From a virus, in IMG/VR virus record IMGVR_UViG_3300042691_031577, positions 46,142 to 110,141 of that record: a stretch of 64,000 nucleotides of DNA. The stretch is one strand, 5' to 3'. The notes below the pieces were generated by a model that had not been told where the DNA came from, ran no database searches, and worked only from the letters and a program-made list of their open reading frames with translations. Positions 10,529 through 20,974 of this stretch are shown here, one piece after another (position 1 is the first letter of the stretch; every line of letters begins with the position of its first letter). A program made the position numbers and the translations under genes.

Positions 10529-11545
10529 CTAATCCAAGCCTGAAAGTTCGGTATCATCTTTCTTCAGATCTACCTCAATTTCTTTCATCGTGTCTGCTGC
10601 CCATTTCTTTTGAGCTGGGGTTAATTTATTATTAATGATGTTTTCTATAAATAGAAGGAAATTTTTATCGTCTAATTTATATACTTCAGCAAAGAATAAT
10701 TCACGAACACGAGCATCTTCTATATTACTTTGGTTATATAAGTTTGATAAAGCATCATAAATAAATTTACCATATTGAAAATCACGAGGTTCGTTTGATA
10801 CTTTATCTACTTTACCAACAATAGCTTTATTTTGTTCTTTATCAGTTCCAAATCCTTCTGTTCCTACTATTTCATATAATCCTTTTACTATCTCATGAAA
10901 TAACATAGGAAAACATATAGCTCTTGCTTTAATAACAAATCTATCTTCTTCTTCATCATACACCATTTCAGATGATCCACCACTAATATTTTGTTTTTGA
11001 CCAAGAGCCGCTAACATCATAGCGATAGCATTCTCATCATCATATATACCAAAAACTAGTTTCATTATTTCGTTGTATTTTTCAACTAATTCCGGACTTA
11101 AATCATCTAAATGTTCTCTAAATAATAAGAAACCAAAAGTTCCACGTACTGATGCGCCTTGAGTGATACCGTTGATTATACGGCGTTTTTTCTCCATAGC
11201 TTCGGTATCAGTTGATGGTATTTCGTCTATAGATATTTCATCTTCATCTTCATTTTGTTGAACTTGACCCATACTTACTATTTTAGCATCTATTTTTACA
11301 TTAGCATAATCTAAAATAGGGTAAGCTTCTCTAGCCATAATTTCAGCTATCATTGCTAATTCAATACGGTAATCAGATTCAGCCTCAATAATTTGACTTA
11401 GTAATTCCTGAGAACGCATCATTGTTTGCATTAGATTTTTGTTACCTAACATAGCACGCAATGATTCACCTGACTTACCTTTTAAGGCAGCCATTGTTTC
11501 AGGGCTGAATATATCTTCGTATTCTACTTCTAATAAACGTTTCAT
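10529..11545 (-). CDS. Hypothetical protein
   Basis: 338-aa ORF, KKRRIINGITQGA..., coupled to the upstream gene. Confidence 0.7.
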   Translation of the reverse strand: MKRLLEVEYEDIFSPETMAALKGKSGESLRAMLGNKNLMQTMMRSQELLSQIIEAESDYRIELAMIAEIMAREAYPILDYANVKIDAKIVSMGQVQQNEDEDEISIDEIPSTDTEAMEKKRRIINGITQGASVRGTFGFLLFREHLDDLSPELVEKYNEIMKLVFGIYDDENAIAMMLAALGQKQNISGGSSEMVYDEEEDRFVIKARAICFPMLFHEIVKGLYEIVGTEGFGTDKEQNKAIVGKVDKVSNEPRDFQYGKFIYDALSNLYNQSNIEDARVRELFFAEVYKLDDKNFLLFIENIINNKLTPAQKKWAADTMKEIEVDLKKDDTELSGLD

Positions 11546-12018
11546 TATTTTGTTTTTTTAGCTTTCATAAAACGAGCAGTAATCTTATCAATCATTTCCT
11601 CTTCCTTTAAATTTTTAGGAGCAGGTTTTACATCAGGATTACCAATTCTTCTACGTTTAGGTTCGTCTGGAGTCACTTTAGGTCTAGGTAAAACTGCTGG
11701 TTCACTTGGTGTAGTAGCTGGTTTAGGTTGATTTTCGTTTAGTTCTTTACGAATTATTTCACGAATAGCTTCGCGTAGTTGTTTAATTTTCATATTTTCT
11801 TTTAATTTAGTTCTAGGTAATTTCATTCCTGCTACCGCAAAATTTGATGGAATTAGGTTTAGGCGTTGCTCTAATGCATTATCAGGAGCAATGGCGCGTT
11901 TTTCAACCCATAACCATTTAAGATATTGTGGATCAATTATCATTATATCAGATACTAATCGGTTTTTATATTTACCAAATGGTATTTTAGATGATAATGT
12001 TAAAGTAACAGGGATCAT
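11545..12018 (-). CDS. Fusion of a DUF3820/ExoX C-terminal-like domain and a leader-bearing Pro-rich module
   Basis: IPFGKYKN...DPQYLKWL, then an internal MKIKQLREAIREIIRKELNE starting at 11793. Confidence 0.6.
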   Translation of the reverse strand: MIPVTLTLSSKIPFGKYKNRLVSDIMIIDPQYLKWLWVEKRAIAPDNALEQRLNLIPSNFAVAGMKLPRTKLKENMKIKQLREAIREIIRKELNENQPKPATTPSEPAVLPRPKVTPDEPKRRRIGNPDVKPAPKNLKEEEMIDKITARFMKAKKTK

Positions 12019-13370
12019 GCCAATAAATATTCAGCAACATATATTCCATGCGCTCCTGATACTGTGATACCACGAGCTGATAAAGCATCACCAACAAAAT
12101 GCACATTTGGATATTCAGTTAATGCTAAACTATTATAATCAACTAATGGTTCAGGACTTAAATATTTTACCTCGGGTATATACATGCCCCAGTCATCACC
12201 AAAGTTAAATACTTCATTCATTTGTTCAATAAAGTTAGTTATATAAAATGCATACTTACCTAATACTTTATCAAAATCTTCTAAATCATCAGTTTGATAT
12301 GCTGATACAACTGCGCCTTCTGATGTTATACCTGGCGTACGAGTTTTATTTGGTGAATAATATAATCCTTTACCATCAACTTGTAACTGTCCTACTACAT
12401 GACGTGACCACTCAAACGGATTTTCAATACCTTTAATTTCCATTAATATACCAAAATTAGTCATATCATTGCGATACTCTTCACCTTTTTTCGCATGACC
12501 ATTGTAAGTAATATCACCATAAGTTTCTTCAACAGCCACATAGGCAGCGTTATTGTTAGTACAAAAACTACGCAAAGATACGTTATCAAATTTTTGATAT
12601 AGTTTAAAATCATAAGAGACATCAATTAATTTTTGGAAATATTTTTGTGGTGCTTCAAAACGAACACCTATTTGAACTGATTTGGGTTCAGTTGGTAATT
12701 TATAATCATTTGATAGCTGTTGAGCAAAGTCAATACCTGATTTACCTACAGCAAATATGAGAGTATCATATTCGATCTCAGTGTTAATATAAGGTCTAAA
12801 ATTAGCCAATCCGCTTTCTTTTCCTAATTTATCAAATCTATCTACTATTGTATTATCGACAAATAATACTATTTGTTTATCAAAATCAATAGATGTAACT
12901 TCACAATTCCAACAAAATTTAACACCTTTATCTAACAAATATTGATACCATGCTTTAGCAATCTCGTGCAAGAAATTGGATCCTATGTGCCATACAGGAA
13001 ACATTCTTAAACCAAAATATGGTTTAATAAATTCAGGTTCTTCCTGAGGATCAGACATGAATATTTCTTCTGGTTTAGGATGGAAACGAGTAAAATTATC
13101 TACTACTTGTTTCATTAATTCCATTGCTTTGTCCTCACCACAATATTTTGATAATTGACCTCCAATTGCTGTGTGATAAGTAAGTTTACCATCTGACCAC
13201 CCACCTGCTCCTAACATACCTGTCATTACCTCTTCAGGTAAACGATTATGTGGGTCGTTGCCTTTATCTATGATAGTGATTAATTCACCTGGGTATCCAT
13301 TGTCTACTAATTTGGTAGCGGCATTTATACCTGCAACACCAGCACCTACGATTACTATTTTTTTATTCAT
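12015..13370 (-). CDS. FAD-dependent oxidoreductase (COG2509-like)
   Basis: Rossmann motif IVIVGAGVAG, GAGGWSDGKLT, IGVRFE, RSFCTN, C-terminal FVGD...RGITVSGAHG. Confidence 0.88.
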   Translation of the reverse strand: MNKKIVIVGAGVAGINAATKLVDNGYPGELITIIDKGNDPHNRLPEEVMTGMLGAGGWSDGKLTYHTAIGGQLSKYCGEDKAMELMKQVVDNFTRFHPKPEEIFMSDPQEEPEFIKPYFGLRMFPVWHIGSNFLHEIAKAWYQYLLDKGVKFCWNCEVTSIDFDKQIVLFVDNTIVDRFDKLGKESGLANFRPYINTEIEYDTLIFAVGKSGIDFAQQLSNDYKLPTEPKSVQIGVRFEAPQKYFQKLIDVSYDFKLYQKFDNVSLRSFCTNNNAAYVAVEETYGDITYNGHAKKGEEYRNDMTNFGILMEIKGIENPFEWSRHVVGQLQVDGKGLYYSPNKTRTPGITSEGAVVSAYQTDDLEDFDKVLGKYAFYITNFIEQMNEVFNFGDDWGMYIPEVKYLSPEPLVDYNSLALTEYPNVHFVGDALSARGITVSGAHGIYVAEYLLA

Positions 13371-13412
13371 ACTTTATAAATTTAATATCTTTATTTTGAC
13401 TTTCAAACTAAG

Positions 13413-13485
13413 GTGGCCCACCTTTTAGGGGTGGGCCACAGCTCCATAATTTTATCTCTTACGAGCGACCGGCTATGAATCGGTC
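13413..13485 (-). ncRNA. Candidate structured small RNA
   Basis: GC-rich intergenic island with stems GACCG/CGGTC, CTC-GTAA-GAG and GTGGCCCACC/GGTGGGCCAC. Confidence 0.5.
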
Positions 13486-13501
13486 TATAAATTATTTATT
13501 T

Positions 13502-13873
13502 TTATATCATCTTTATATTAGCTACAAATTCTTTTACGTAATTATCTATTTTATTTTTCTGTTTTTCGGCTTCTTCTTTAGTAAATAATGTTACTTTAAT
13601 ATCCCCCATAGGATGATTAAATAAATCATTTTTAGTTTTATATTGAGCCGGGATACTACTCCCGTCTTTGTATGTACCTATAAAATATCGTCTAACTTTA
13701 TCTCCATATATTTTATCAACGTTTATATCGTTAATATTTACTTCTAAGTCTTTTAACTTATTTATAGTTTTTTCTACTTGTTGATATTTTTTAAGATCCT
13801 CTACAGGAATTAACTCAATGTAGTATTTTTTATTACTATCTATTTCTTGGATTATGTTTACTAACTTAATCAT
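13502..13873 (-). CDS. Hypothetical protein with MIKL leader
   Basis: MIKLVNIIQE N-terminus. Confidence 0.7.
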   Translation of the reverse strand: MIKLVNIIQEIDSNKKYYIELIPVEDLKKYQQVEKTINKLKDLEVNINDINVDKIYGDKVRRYFIGTYKDGSSIPAQYKTKNDLFNHPMGDIKVTLFTKEEAEKQKNKIDNYVKEFVANIKMI

Positions 13874-14310
13874 TATTGTACATTATATTCGTTATTACCA
13901 ATTTTTAGTTTAGTAATAGTATTAACGTTTATCATTCTGTATCCACCTGTTTTTACATCATATACAGGAATTAATCCTTTTTCATCTGGATTGTAAGGTA
14001 ATTCGCCACCTTTTAAATAAACTTTAACACCTAAACGAGCATTCATTACGCGAGTAGTACCATCTTTTTTAATAAAAGTTACAGTAAAAAACTTACCTTT
14101 AGTATCTTTAATTAATTGTTTAGCTTGTTCTTTAGTAATAGACCCAGCTGGGGTTTCAGGAGTTTCAGCTTCTGATGGTGCTTCTTCTGGTGAAGGAACA
14201 TTAGCTGGTTCTTGTCCCGGTCCTGGGGTAATAGGAGGTAAATCTTCTTGTTCTTTAAGATATTGAGATATAGTTTCTCTGATTAATTGGCGTAATACTT
14301 TGCTGTTCAT
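13873..14310 (-). CDS. Leader, Pro-rich linker and SH3/WYL_2-like beta-barrel protein
   Basis: KFFTVTFIKKDGTTRVMNARLG...LIPVYDVKTGGYRMIN. Confidence 0.6.
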   Translation of the reverse strand: MNSKVLRQLIRETISQYLKEQEDLPPITPGPGQEPANVPSPEEAPSEAETPETPAGSITKEQAKQLIKDTKGKFFTVTFIKKDGTTRVMNARLGVKVYLKGGELPYNPDEKGLIPVYDVKTGGYRMINVNTITKLKIGNNEYNVQ

Positions 14311-14357
14311 TTTTATTGTTTTTTACAAAGATAATAAAGGTACCTTGCCAATAAATA

Positions 14358-15095
14358 TTATAAAGCTATATTCTCAGCTGTTTTTTCAGATACAGTGTGA
14401 TATCTACCGCATTTTTTACATTGCATTTGTACACGAATTGTTCCTAATGCTGACATTCTACGTTTAGAGAATGTCCATTTATTTGAACCGCATGTAGGGC
14501 AATCTGTTTTGTCTTCACTAACGCTACTTTTTTCAGGAAAATGTGGTGCTAATTTATTGTATACTTTTTCTAACAATTCAACATCACCTTTACAATATTC
14601 TACCATTTTTTCCATGGCTTCTTTATCTTTATTTAAGACAATGTCTTTCCATAAATTAAAACCAGTGCTGATTTTAGCACCTAAACCTAAAAACTGAGCA
14701 ATGTAATCTAATTTATTGCTATTAAATTTAAATTTAGATCTGGCGTATTTTAACGTATCTATTGTAGTATATGACGGAAATAAAGAGATGCCATGATATA
14801 GGCATCTAGTTCTAACCCACGGTAAATCGTATTTATCACCGTTATGTCCTACTAATTCATCAGCTTCATTAGCTATTTTAATGAATTTTTCTAGTAGACT
14901 TTTATCGTTTTGTTTAGCATCCCAAGTTAAAGAGTGTACTTCTTTTTCGTCAGCCCATTTGTAACAAATACAAATGATAGCTCTTTCTTTTATAATATTG
15001 TCGTGACCTATATTTAATCTATAACCTGCGGTCCAAAACAAACCAATGTTTGGGCTTGTTTCAATATCAAAAAAGAGTCTTTTTACTTTACTCAT
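14358..15095 (-). CDS. RNase H-fold 3'-5' exonuclease (RNase_H_2/YprB-like) with C-terminal Zn ribbon
   Basis: FFDIET (Exo I), GHNGDKYDLP (Exo II), YCKGDV (Exo III), CPTC...CKKC. Confidence 0.88.
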   Translation of the reverse strand: MSKVKRLFFDIETSPNIGLFWTAGYRLNIGHDNIIKERAIICICYKWADEKEVHSLTWDAKQNDKSLLEKFIKIANEADELVGHNGDKYDLPWVRTRCLYHGISLFPSYTTIDTLKYARSKFKFNSNKLDYIAQFLGLGAKISTGFNLWKDIVLNKDKEAMEKMVEYCKGDVELLEKVYNKLAPHFPEKSSVSEDKTDCPTCGSNKWTFSKRRMSALGTIRVQMQCKKCGRYHTVSEKTAENIAL

Positions 15096-15141
15096 ATGAT
15101 TTTTTTTAAAATATAAAACTTATTTTTTGCCTATCCAAATT

Positions 15142-15669
15142 TTAGGCAGCAGGAGTTTCCTCAGGTGCTGGCGTTTCTTCAGGGGTAGGTACTTCTGAAG
15201 GTGGGGCTTCAGGTGTTGGAGGAATACTTCCTGCTTCTAAATCAGCTTTAATATCAGTATTACGTTGTGATGCTAATTCTTCTGCTGACTCTTTAGGAGC
15301 ATAATTTAGTTCAAGTAAATCTGCTATTGCTTGTGATGCTCTTTCAGATTCTCCTATGTTAATTGGATTATATTTTTTTCCAGATACTTTTACAACAAAA
15401 TTATTTTTTCCTAAATATATCATTGTAAAGTCTTGTCCATTAATTAACCCAATACCAAATGTAGTTGGTTTAGGAGCTATTAATGAAACATCTGCTATAT
15501 ATCGTCCAAAAGCAGGTGACATTAATTCTTCTAATGTTTTCTTCAAACCAGGAAAGCGATGTATTAAATACATTGCTTTTTCAGCTTGTTTTTGTTGCTG
15601 TTCTTCTTCCTTTAAAGCCATACGAACAGCTTTTTTAATATATTTTTCTAATAACAGAGTCTTATTCAT
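15142..15669 (-). CDS. Hypothetical protein
   Basis: 175 aa; leader-like N-terminus; acidic Pro-rich tail. Confidence 0.7.
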   Translation of the reverse strand: MNKTLLLEKYIKKAVRMALKEEEQQQKQAEKAMYLIHRFPGLKKTLEELMSPAFGRYIADVSLIAPKPTTFGIGLINGQDFTMIYLGKNNFVVKVSGKKYNPINIGESERASQAIADLLELNYAPKESAEELASQRNTDIKADLEAGSIPPTPEAPPSEVPTPEETPAPEETPAA

Positions 15670-16129
15670 CGTCTCTTAATTCATGAAAACCTTGAGCTGC
15701 TTGCTCAATATAGTTTTCAGCATTGGTAATATGATCTTGAATCCATCCTGGGATGTTACGTTCTACTGTTCCTATCTTTTGAGACAATTCCATAGCTGCT
15801 TTAGCAATAGCTTCTAAACTATTTTGAGCCATAGCAACTTCATGATCCATACCTTCTTTTTTAATATTTTTAGATATTGTCTTACGGCGATTTAAAAGAT
15901 ATTTATCTGTTTTATCAACTTTACCGTCATTGTTTATATCTTTATCTTCTTTACCTACTGGGTCTAAAGCTTCTTCTTTTTTACCTTTACCCATGGCTTT
16001 AGCTGTAGCTATAGGACCTGCTTTTTCAGGAGACATCCCTGAGTCAACTAAGGCATCGTAAATTTCTCCACGCTTTTTCTTTTGGCTAGGAGTCATTTTT
16101 TTCTCTAGTAAATCGATTAATTTTATCAT
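15662..16129 (-). CDS. Hypothetical protein with MIKL leader and EF-hand/dockerin-like loop
   Basis: MIKLIDLLE; [14 protein letters not shown]. Confidence 0.7.
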   Translation of the reverse strand: MIKLIDLLEKKMTPSQKKKRGEIYDALVDSGMSPEKAGPIATAKAMGKGKKEEALDPVGKEDKDINNDGKVDKTDKYLLNRRKTISKNIKKEGMDHEVAMAQNSLEAIAKAAMELSQKIGTVERNIPGWIQDHITNAENYIEQAAQGFHELRDDE

Positions 16130-16503
16130 TTTAAAAAGCGTAATTTATAGATGGTTGAATTAATAAGAGCAACAACTTCATCAATTTGATTTTGAATATA
16201 TGAATCTTGGCAAAGCATTGTTCTACTTTTTTCAATATAAGAACAAAGTACAGTAAAATACATAATGATACCTTCACAGCTTTGATATTCTTGTAAAGCA
16301 ACATTTGTATACCCAGTAACGATACCGTATTTACCTTGATATGATTCTACTATACCGTCAGTTATACCTACAATTTCATCATAATATTCATTTAATGCTT
16401 TATGAGCAGCAAATGAAGGTGTTTGTAGATGAAATACATGAGCCTGCGTACGAGACGCCATTAACGTAGAAACAAATTGACCCATTAATGCGTTATGTTC
16501 CAT
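16126..16503 (-). CDS. Ferritin/Dps-like four-helix protein (DUF5856-like)
   Basis: [22 protein letters not shown]...ESYQGKYG...NQIDE...YKLRFL. Confidence 0.78.
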   Translation of the reverse strand: MEHNALMGQFVSTLMASRTQAHVFHLQTPSFAAHKALNEYYDEIVGITDGIVESYQGKYGIVTGYTNVALQEYQSCEGIIMYFTVLCSYIEKSRTMLCQDSYIQNQIDEVVALINSTIYKLRFLK

Positions 16504-16507
16504 TATT

Positions 16508-17191
16508 TTATTTTTTAACTACTTTTTTTAGTATAGCACCAGCTACTTTTTGACCTGCTTCTTTTGAACCGTATTTTTTAGCTGCTGATTTAGCTATTTT
16601 GGCAAATCCTTTACCAGGTTTACCTACGTCTTCACCTTTTTCAAAGCGAGCTTCTTCCATTTTTTTATCATCGCCTTTTGGTAGACCTTTTTTGTAACTT
16701 CTATATGCGCTACCTATTGCTGCTCCTATTCCACCTACAGTTCCAGCAGCTGCTGCAATTTGTCCTATGAGTTCTCCTACTGAGATATTCATGGATTTGG
16801 CTAAATCTGTAAGAGGTCCCATAATTTCTGACGAGAGACCTTCGTTTATTTTTTTAGCTTCGTCTAATTCTTTTTTTTCAGATTTTTTAGGACCTTTAGA
16901 ATTTTTATCCATTGTTTTTTTCTGGTCTTCTAGATCTTTTTTCTTAGTTTGTAATTCTTTAATACTAGCTTCCATATCATCCATCATATCACCTATAATT
17001 TCTGAGGAAACATAATATTTTAAACCATCCATTGATGTTAATGCTGTTTTAACAGACATAGCATCTTTAATATCTTCGTCTACTTTTTTAATTTTAGCTT
17101 CCAAAGCAGCTATATCACCAGCCTCGTCTATCATTTTGATACGGTCAGCAATTGCTTCTTTAATTAATTTCTTTAATTCGGATTGTTTCAT
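16508..17191 (-). CDS. Hypothetical coiled-coil protein with leader
   Basis: MKQSELKKLIKEAI; late motif at 17207-17215. Confidence 0.7.
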   Translation of the reverse strand: MKQSELKKLIKEAIADRIKMIDEAGDIAALEAKIKKVDEDIKDAMSVKTALTSMDGLKYYVSSEIIGDMMDDMEASIKELQTKKKDLEDQKKTMDKNSKGPKKSEKKELDEAKKINEGLSSEIMGPLTDLAKSMNISVGELIGQIAAAAGTVGGIGAAIGSAYRSYKKGLPKGDDKKMEEARFEKGEDVGKPGKGFAKIAKSAAKKYGSKEAGQKVAGAILKKVVKK

Positions 17192-17214
17192 GGTATTGTT
17201 ATTTTATATAAATA

Positions 17215-19809
17215 TTAACTATTTTTTATTTCTTCAATATGTTTTTTCAATTCGTCAACTCTATCAGGATTACGTTCGATATATTCATTGAATATATAAT
17301 TGCGTATTTCTGTTAAATTACGTTGTCTTAATGCGGCTACCAAATTAGCAGGACTATCTAATTGAAATGCACCGTTTTGTGTTAATAACCAGTGGCTATT
17401 TCCTGGTTGGGCTACTATAGATGCTACTAAATTGCCTGATTCTAATTGGATACCATATATGGCACTAGGGCCTACTATTCGTACATAATCAACGTGACCC
17501 AAATTACCTAATAGATTATCGCGGCGTGATACTCCTCTATCTGTATTTAAATTTCCTCTAGTAGAATCACCGAAGAATTTAGCACGGATATTTACAGGTA
17601 ATTGGTTAAATGAATTTAATAAATTACTATTTTCTAAAGTAGTTTGTAAATCATCACTTATATTACCTTCAATTGGTCTATTAGCACCACCTGCTGGTCT
17701 TCCTCTTCTACCGGTTCCTGCTGCTGGTACTCGTTCACCTGCTCCTAATTGAGCTGGTGTTGGGCGAGGAGTAGTTGTTCTAGGAGCTCTAGCTTGTAAT
17801 ACTCTTCCTGTTTTTTCTGATATTCTAAAACTTTCTGCAGGGTTAGCTGTGTTTACAATGTATATTTTGTTATCTACTACTTTTAATCTATATGTAGAAT
17901 CTTCTGTGTATGGTAAATCAGGGATACTAGCTAATGCTAGTTTATCTTTATATCCTACTTGCCATTGGTTTTGTGAAAATATACTTCTAGTAGTATTGTT
18001 GTCCAATTTTATATTATTATCATTTAAAAATTGTTTATATGCTAAACCTACTTCAGGACTATAAGAAAATCTTATTTCTTCCATTTTATCTGTTTCATCC
18101 GAATATCTAAAAGCTTTAAACTTAAAAGAAGAAGGAATATCAAACACGTATAAGTTTCCATCATACGTAGATATACCTTCTACTCCTCTCATCAATTTAC
18201 TTTTAGGAACATTAGATAATATCTTAGAAGAAATTTCACTATTAAATAAAGGTGATTTATTAAAAATAGAAGTTATTAAATTATTTTGAACTTCTTCATT
18301 TGATGCTGCTTCTTCAACAAATTTATTTTTAGCAGCTATTACATTTTCATTACTAGTATCAGCAGGAATAATACTGTTTCCTTCAACTTGGTATATTTTA
18401 AGTCTATTTCCTGAGGTATCAAAAAGTACTTCAGTATCTCCTATTTTTATTATTTTCTTTGATATATCGTTAGATGTTCTAGCTTTATCAATAATTCCGC
18501 TTATTGCGGTATTATCTAAATTGTTTGCCTGTATAGCACGTGCTAGTGAATCTAAAGGTATATCACTTATGTTTGGGTAATCAAATAAATATTTTTGTGT
18601 TCTTTTAGATAATTTAACATCCTTATATGTTTCTTCTTCAGTAATAACGTCAATGTATGTTCCTGTTCTATCGTATGATATATTTACTATAGTTCTACCA
18701 TCTTCAGTTACATAAAGATTATAATTACTATCAGTAGGTACTTTACCAGTTTTAACTAAAGCTTTAGCAAAATCAAAGTTAAACTCTTTGTTCAAGATAT
18801 TTTCTCCAGTAACATTTATAGGATGACCGGGAGCATTAACTTTTGCTAATAATGATTTTTGGTATTCTGGTTTAAATATTTCTATCTGTTTTAATAAATT
18901 ATCAAAACCAAGAATCCACGGATTTTGAAATATCCATTCTGCTAATTTATCATATTTAGGAAGAACTTTAACAATAAATGAGTCAGTAGATAAATCCCTA
19001 AATAATTCATTGCTTGAATATCTACTTGCTATATAAGAACCTCTTACAGATATGTAAAGTTTTTTCTCTTCAAAATCTAAATCATTAGCCCATTCTCTAA
19101 AACTAATACCATTTTTAAATCTTTTTTCTACATTTATTTCTGCTTGACTTATAGGAATATGCTTAAGAATACTTTTTACATTATCTATAGAATTTAAATA
19201 AGGTACTTCATCAAGTAATTTATCAAAATCCATTTCTTTAGATTCATGAGGACTATTTTTACGATTAGTATAAACATATCGTCCATTATTTCTTGCTTGA
19301 ATAGCAACGAAACTAAGAGGATCACTATCTGGGAGATTGGTATTTCTAACTAAGTAAAAGTTAGGATATCCTCTTCCGGGGTCAAATCGATAATTTCCAA
19401 ATGATCCTCTAGTAATACACCATCTTTCTCCAGCACCATATCTTACACATTTTCCTTCTACATCACCGTTATATATAACAATACCATCTTCATTATACAC
19501 CATATCTGGAGTAGGTACTATAGTAACTTTTTCTTTTTCAAAGCCTGGTTTAGATGAAACTATTTTTAGTAGTTGTTTTAATGAGTACTTACTTAAATCT
19601 TTTTCAGAGACGTTTGGGTCTTGCTTAAATTTAGTATCAAAAACAGTAATAGCCTTTTTAATTTCATCATCAGAAATAGTTATATTAAAGTCTTCTGCTT
19701 CTTCCTTAAATTTCTGGGTTAATGCTTGTACCACTTTTTCACTCATTGCCTCAGTTAGAAAAGGCCAATTAAGTACTACATGTTCTATTAATATGTGTAT
19801 ATTATTCAT
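17215..19809 (-). CDS. Large hypothetical protein with a YG...WC domain and an RGRP motif
   Basis: 864 aa; KCVRYGAGERWCIT; GRRGRP near the C-terminus. Confidence 0.75.
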   Translation of the reverse strand: MNNIHILIEHVVLNWPFLTEAMSEKVVQALTQKFKEEAEDFNITISDDEIKKAITVFDTKFKQDPNVSEKDLSKYSLKQLLKIVSSKPGFEKEKVTIVPTPDMVYNEDGIVIYNGDVEGKCVRYGAGERWCITRGSFGNYRFDPGRGYPNFYLVRNTNLPDSDPLSFVAIQARNNGRYVYTNRKNSPHESKEMDFDKLLDEVPYLNSIDNVKSILKHIPISQAEINVEKRFKNGISFREWANDLDFEEKKLYISVRGSYIASRYSSNELFRDLSTDSFIVKVLPKYDKLAEWIFQNPWILGFDNLLKQIEIFKPEYQKSLLAKVNAPGHPINVTGENILNKEFNFDFAKALVKTGKVPTDSNYNLYVTEDGRTIVNISYDRTGTYIDVITEEETYKDVKLSKRTQKYLFDYPNISDIPLDSLARAIQANNLDNTAISGIIDKARTSNDISKKIIKIGDTEVLFDTSGNRLKIYQVEGNSIIPADTSNENVIAAKNKFVEEAASNEEVQNNLITSIFNKSPLFNSEISSKILSNVPKSKLMRGVEGISTYDGNLYVFDIPSSFKFKAFRYSDETDKMEEIRFSYSPEVGLAYKQFLNDNNIKLDNNTTRSIFSQNQWQVGYKDKLALASIPDLPYTEDSTYRLKVVDNKIYIVNTANPAESFRISEKTGRVLQARAPRTTTPRPTPAQLGAGERVPAAGTGRRGRPAGGANRPIEGNISDDLQTTLENSNLLNSFNQLPVNIRAKFFGDSTRGNLNTDRGVSRRDNLLGNLGHVDYVRIVGPSAIYGIQLESGNLVASIVAQPGNSHWLLTQNGAFQLDSPANLVAALRQRNLTEIRNYIFNEYIERNPDRVDELKKHIEEIKNS

Positions 19810-20018
19810 TGTGATTTGTTAACTTTAGAGCGCAATAAGAAATATAACCCAAGAAACAACCCCGCAGCTAGGTAAAAAAGTAAATCCGTAATCCAATAAG
19901 AACCGGTCAAGGTCATTATTAGTTTGAACAACACGTCGAATCCAAGAGGATTGAAAAACATTGCTGCCATTAGGCAGAAAGTTGCTAAGTTGCTTAAAAA
20001 TTGTTTTCTCCAGGTCAT
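19806..20018 (-). CDS. Small two-TM membrane protein
   Basis: Two hydrophobic helices flanking NPLGFD; ATGA overlap with the next gene. Confidence 0.65.
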   Translation of the reverse strand: MTWRKQFLSNLATFCLMAAMFFNPLGFDVLFKLIMTLTGSYWITDLLFYLAAGLFLGLYFLLRSKVNKSQ

Positions 20019-20049
20019 TAATTTTGTTTCTACTACCAGGTTCCATATA

Positions 20050-20472
20050 TTATTTATTTAAACGAACAGTAGCAGCTTTAGTATTTTTTACAAACTGTTT
20101 GCCTTTTTTGCTACCGGCTACTTTTTTTCGTGATGTAGCAGCACGTTCGGCTTTAGTTAAACTTTGAGCCTTTTTACGTGGTAAACAACGCGTGGTTGCT
20201 TTACCTTTTTTCATTGTCCCGCAAGGTCCCGTAATATTACCTTGTGTATCTATTCTTACCCAATCTTCTTTTTTAAACCAATCACGAAGTGATTCATGCA
20301 TGTCCAAATCATCTTCTTCCATTAAACCTTTACATACTTTAACAGCACGACCAGAAAGATAAGCGGATGGTTTTTCACCAGCAGCTATACGACGATTATA
20401 ATAAGCTTTGCCTTTAGGGCATAGCTTTTTTTCTGTTAATATTTCGTTTAGTATGTCTGTTAGTTTAATCAT
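20050..20472 (-). CDS. Basic hypothetical protein (DUF5872-like) with MIKL leader
   Basis: MIKLTDILNE; SLRDWFKKEDWVRID...CG...CLP. Confidence 0.7.
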   Translation of the reverse strand: MIKLTDILNEILTEKKLCPKGKAYYNRRIAAGEKPSAYLSGRAVKVCKGLMEEDDLDMHESLRDWFKKEDWVRIDTQGNITGPCGTMKKGKATTRCLPRKKAQSLTKAERAATSRKKVAGSKKGKQFVKNTKAATVRLNK

Positions 20473-20729
20473 GATTTATGTATCTTTAGTTTTAACGTAC
20501 CTGTACCTTTAATAACGCGATGCCAAGTATGTCTCTCAATAAATATTGGCTGATTCATGGAAGTCGGCAGCTGGTTATCAAGCTGTATTTTCCAGTCAGT
20601 TTCACCTATAATTTGCAGTGTGCGATTTTCATCATCGCGATGCCACATTAATTCGATAGGATCTATATTTTCGTTAAATTCACGAATAATGTAGGTATCT
20701 GTAGTTTCTAAATCAGTATAGGGATGCAT
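20469..20729 (-). CDS. Small cupin-like protein
   Basis: ELMWHRD...IFIERHTWHRVIKG resembles the two-motif cupin pattern. Confidence 0.65.
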   Translation of the reverse strand: MHPYTDLETTDTYIIREFNENIDPIELMWHRDDENRTLQIIGETDWKIQLDNQLPTSMNQPIFIERHTWHRVIKGTGTLKLKIHKS

Positions 20730-20974
20730 TACTTCTTAGGATGAAACCAATTACTACAATATTTTGATGGGTCTTTGATAGATTCTTTGGTTTTTGGATT
20801 TATTAAATCCTCAGTACCCATAAGTTTTTGGTAATACTTATTTTTACATTTGTGTTTACCTTCTTCCTGATAATGGTATTCACATACGTGACAACCAAAG
20901 CCTATGGATGAATACATGTATGATGGGTATTCCTCACCTTCATGTTCTTTTAATATATCTGTTAGTTTAATCAT
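20729..20974 (-). CDS. Small Cys-rich protein with MIKL leader
   Basis: MIKLTDILKE; CxxC...C...CSNW. Confidence 0.7.
   Translation of the reverse strand: MIKLTDILKEHEGEEYPSYMYSSIGFGCHVCEYHYQEEGKHKCKNKYYQKLMGTEDLINPKTKESIKDPSKYCSNWFHPKK

Noticed and set aside
19825-20046. Alternative 73-aa minus-strand ORF
   Set aside because: It overlaps the more plausible two-TM ORF 19806-20018, which is coupled to the next gene
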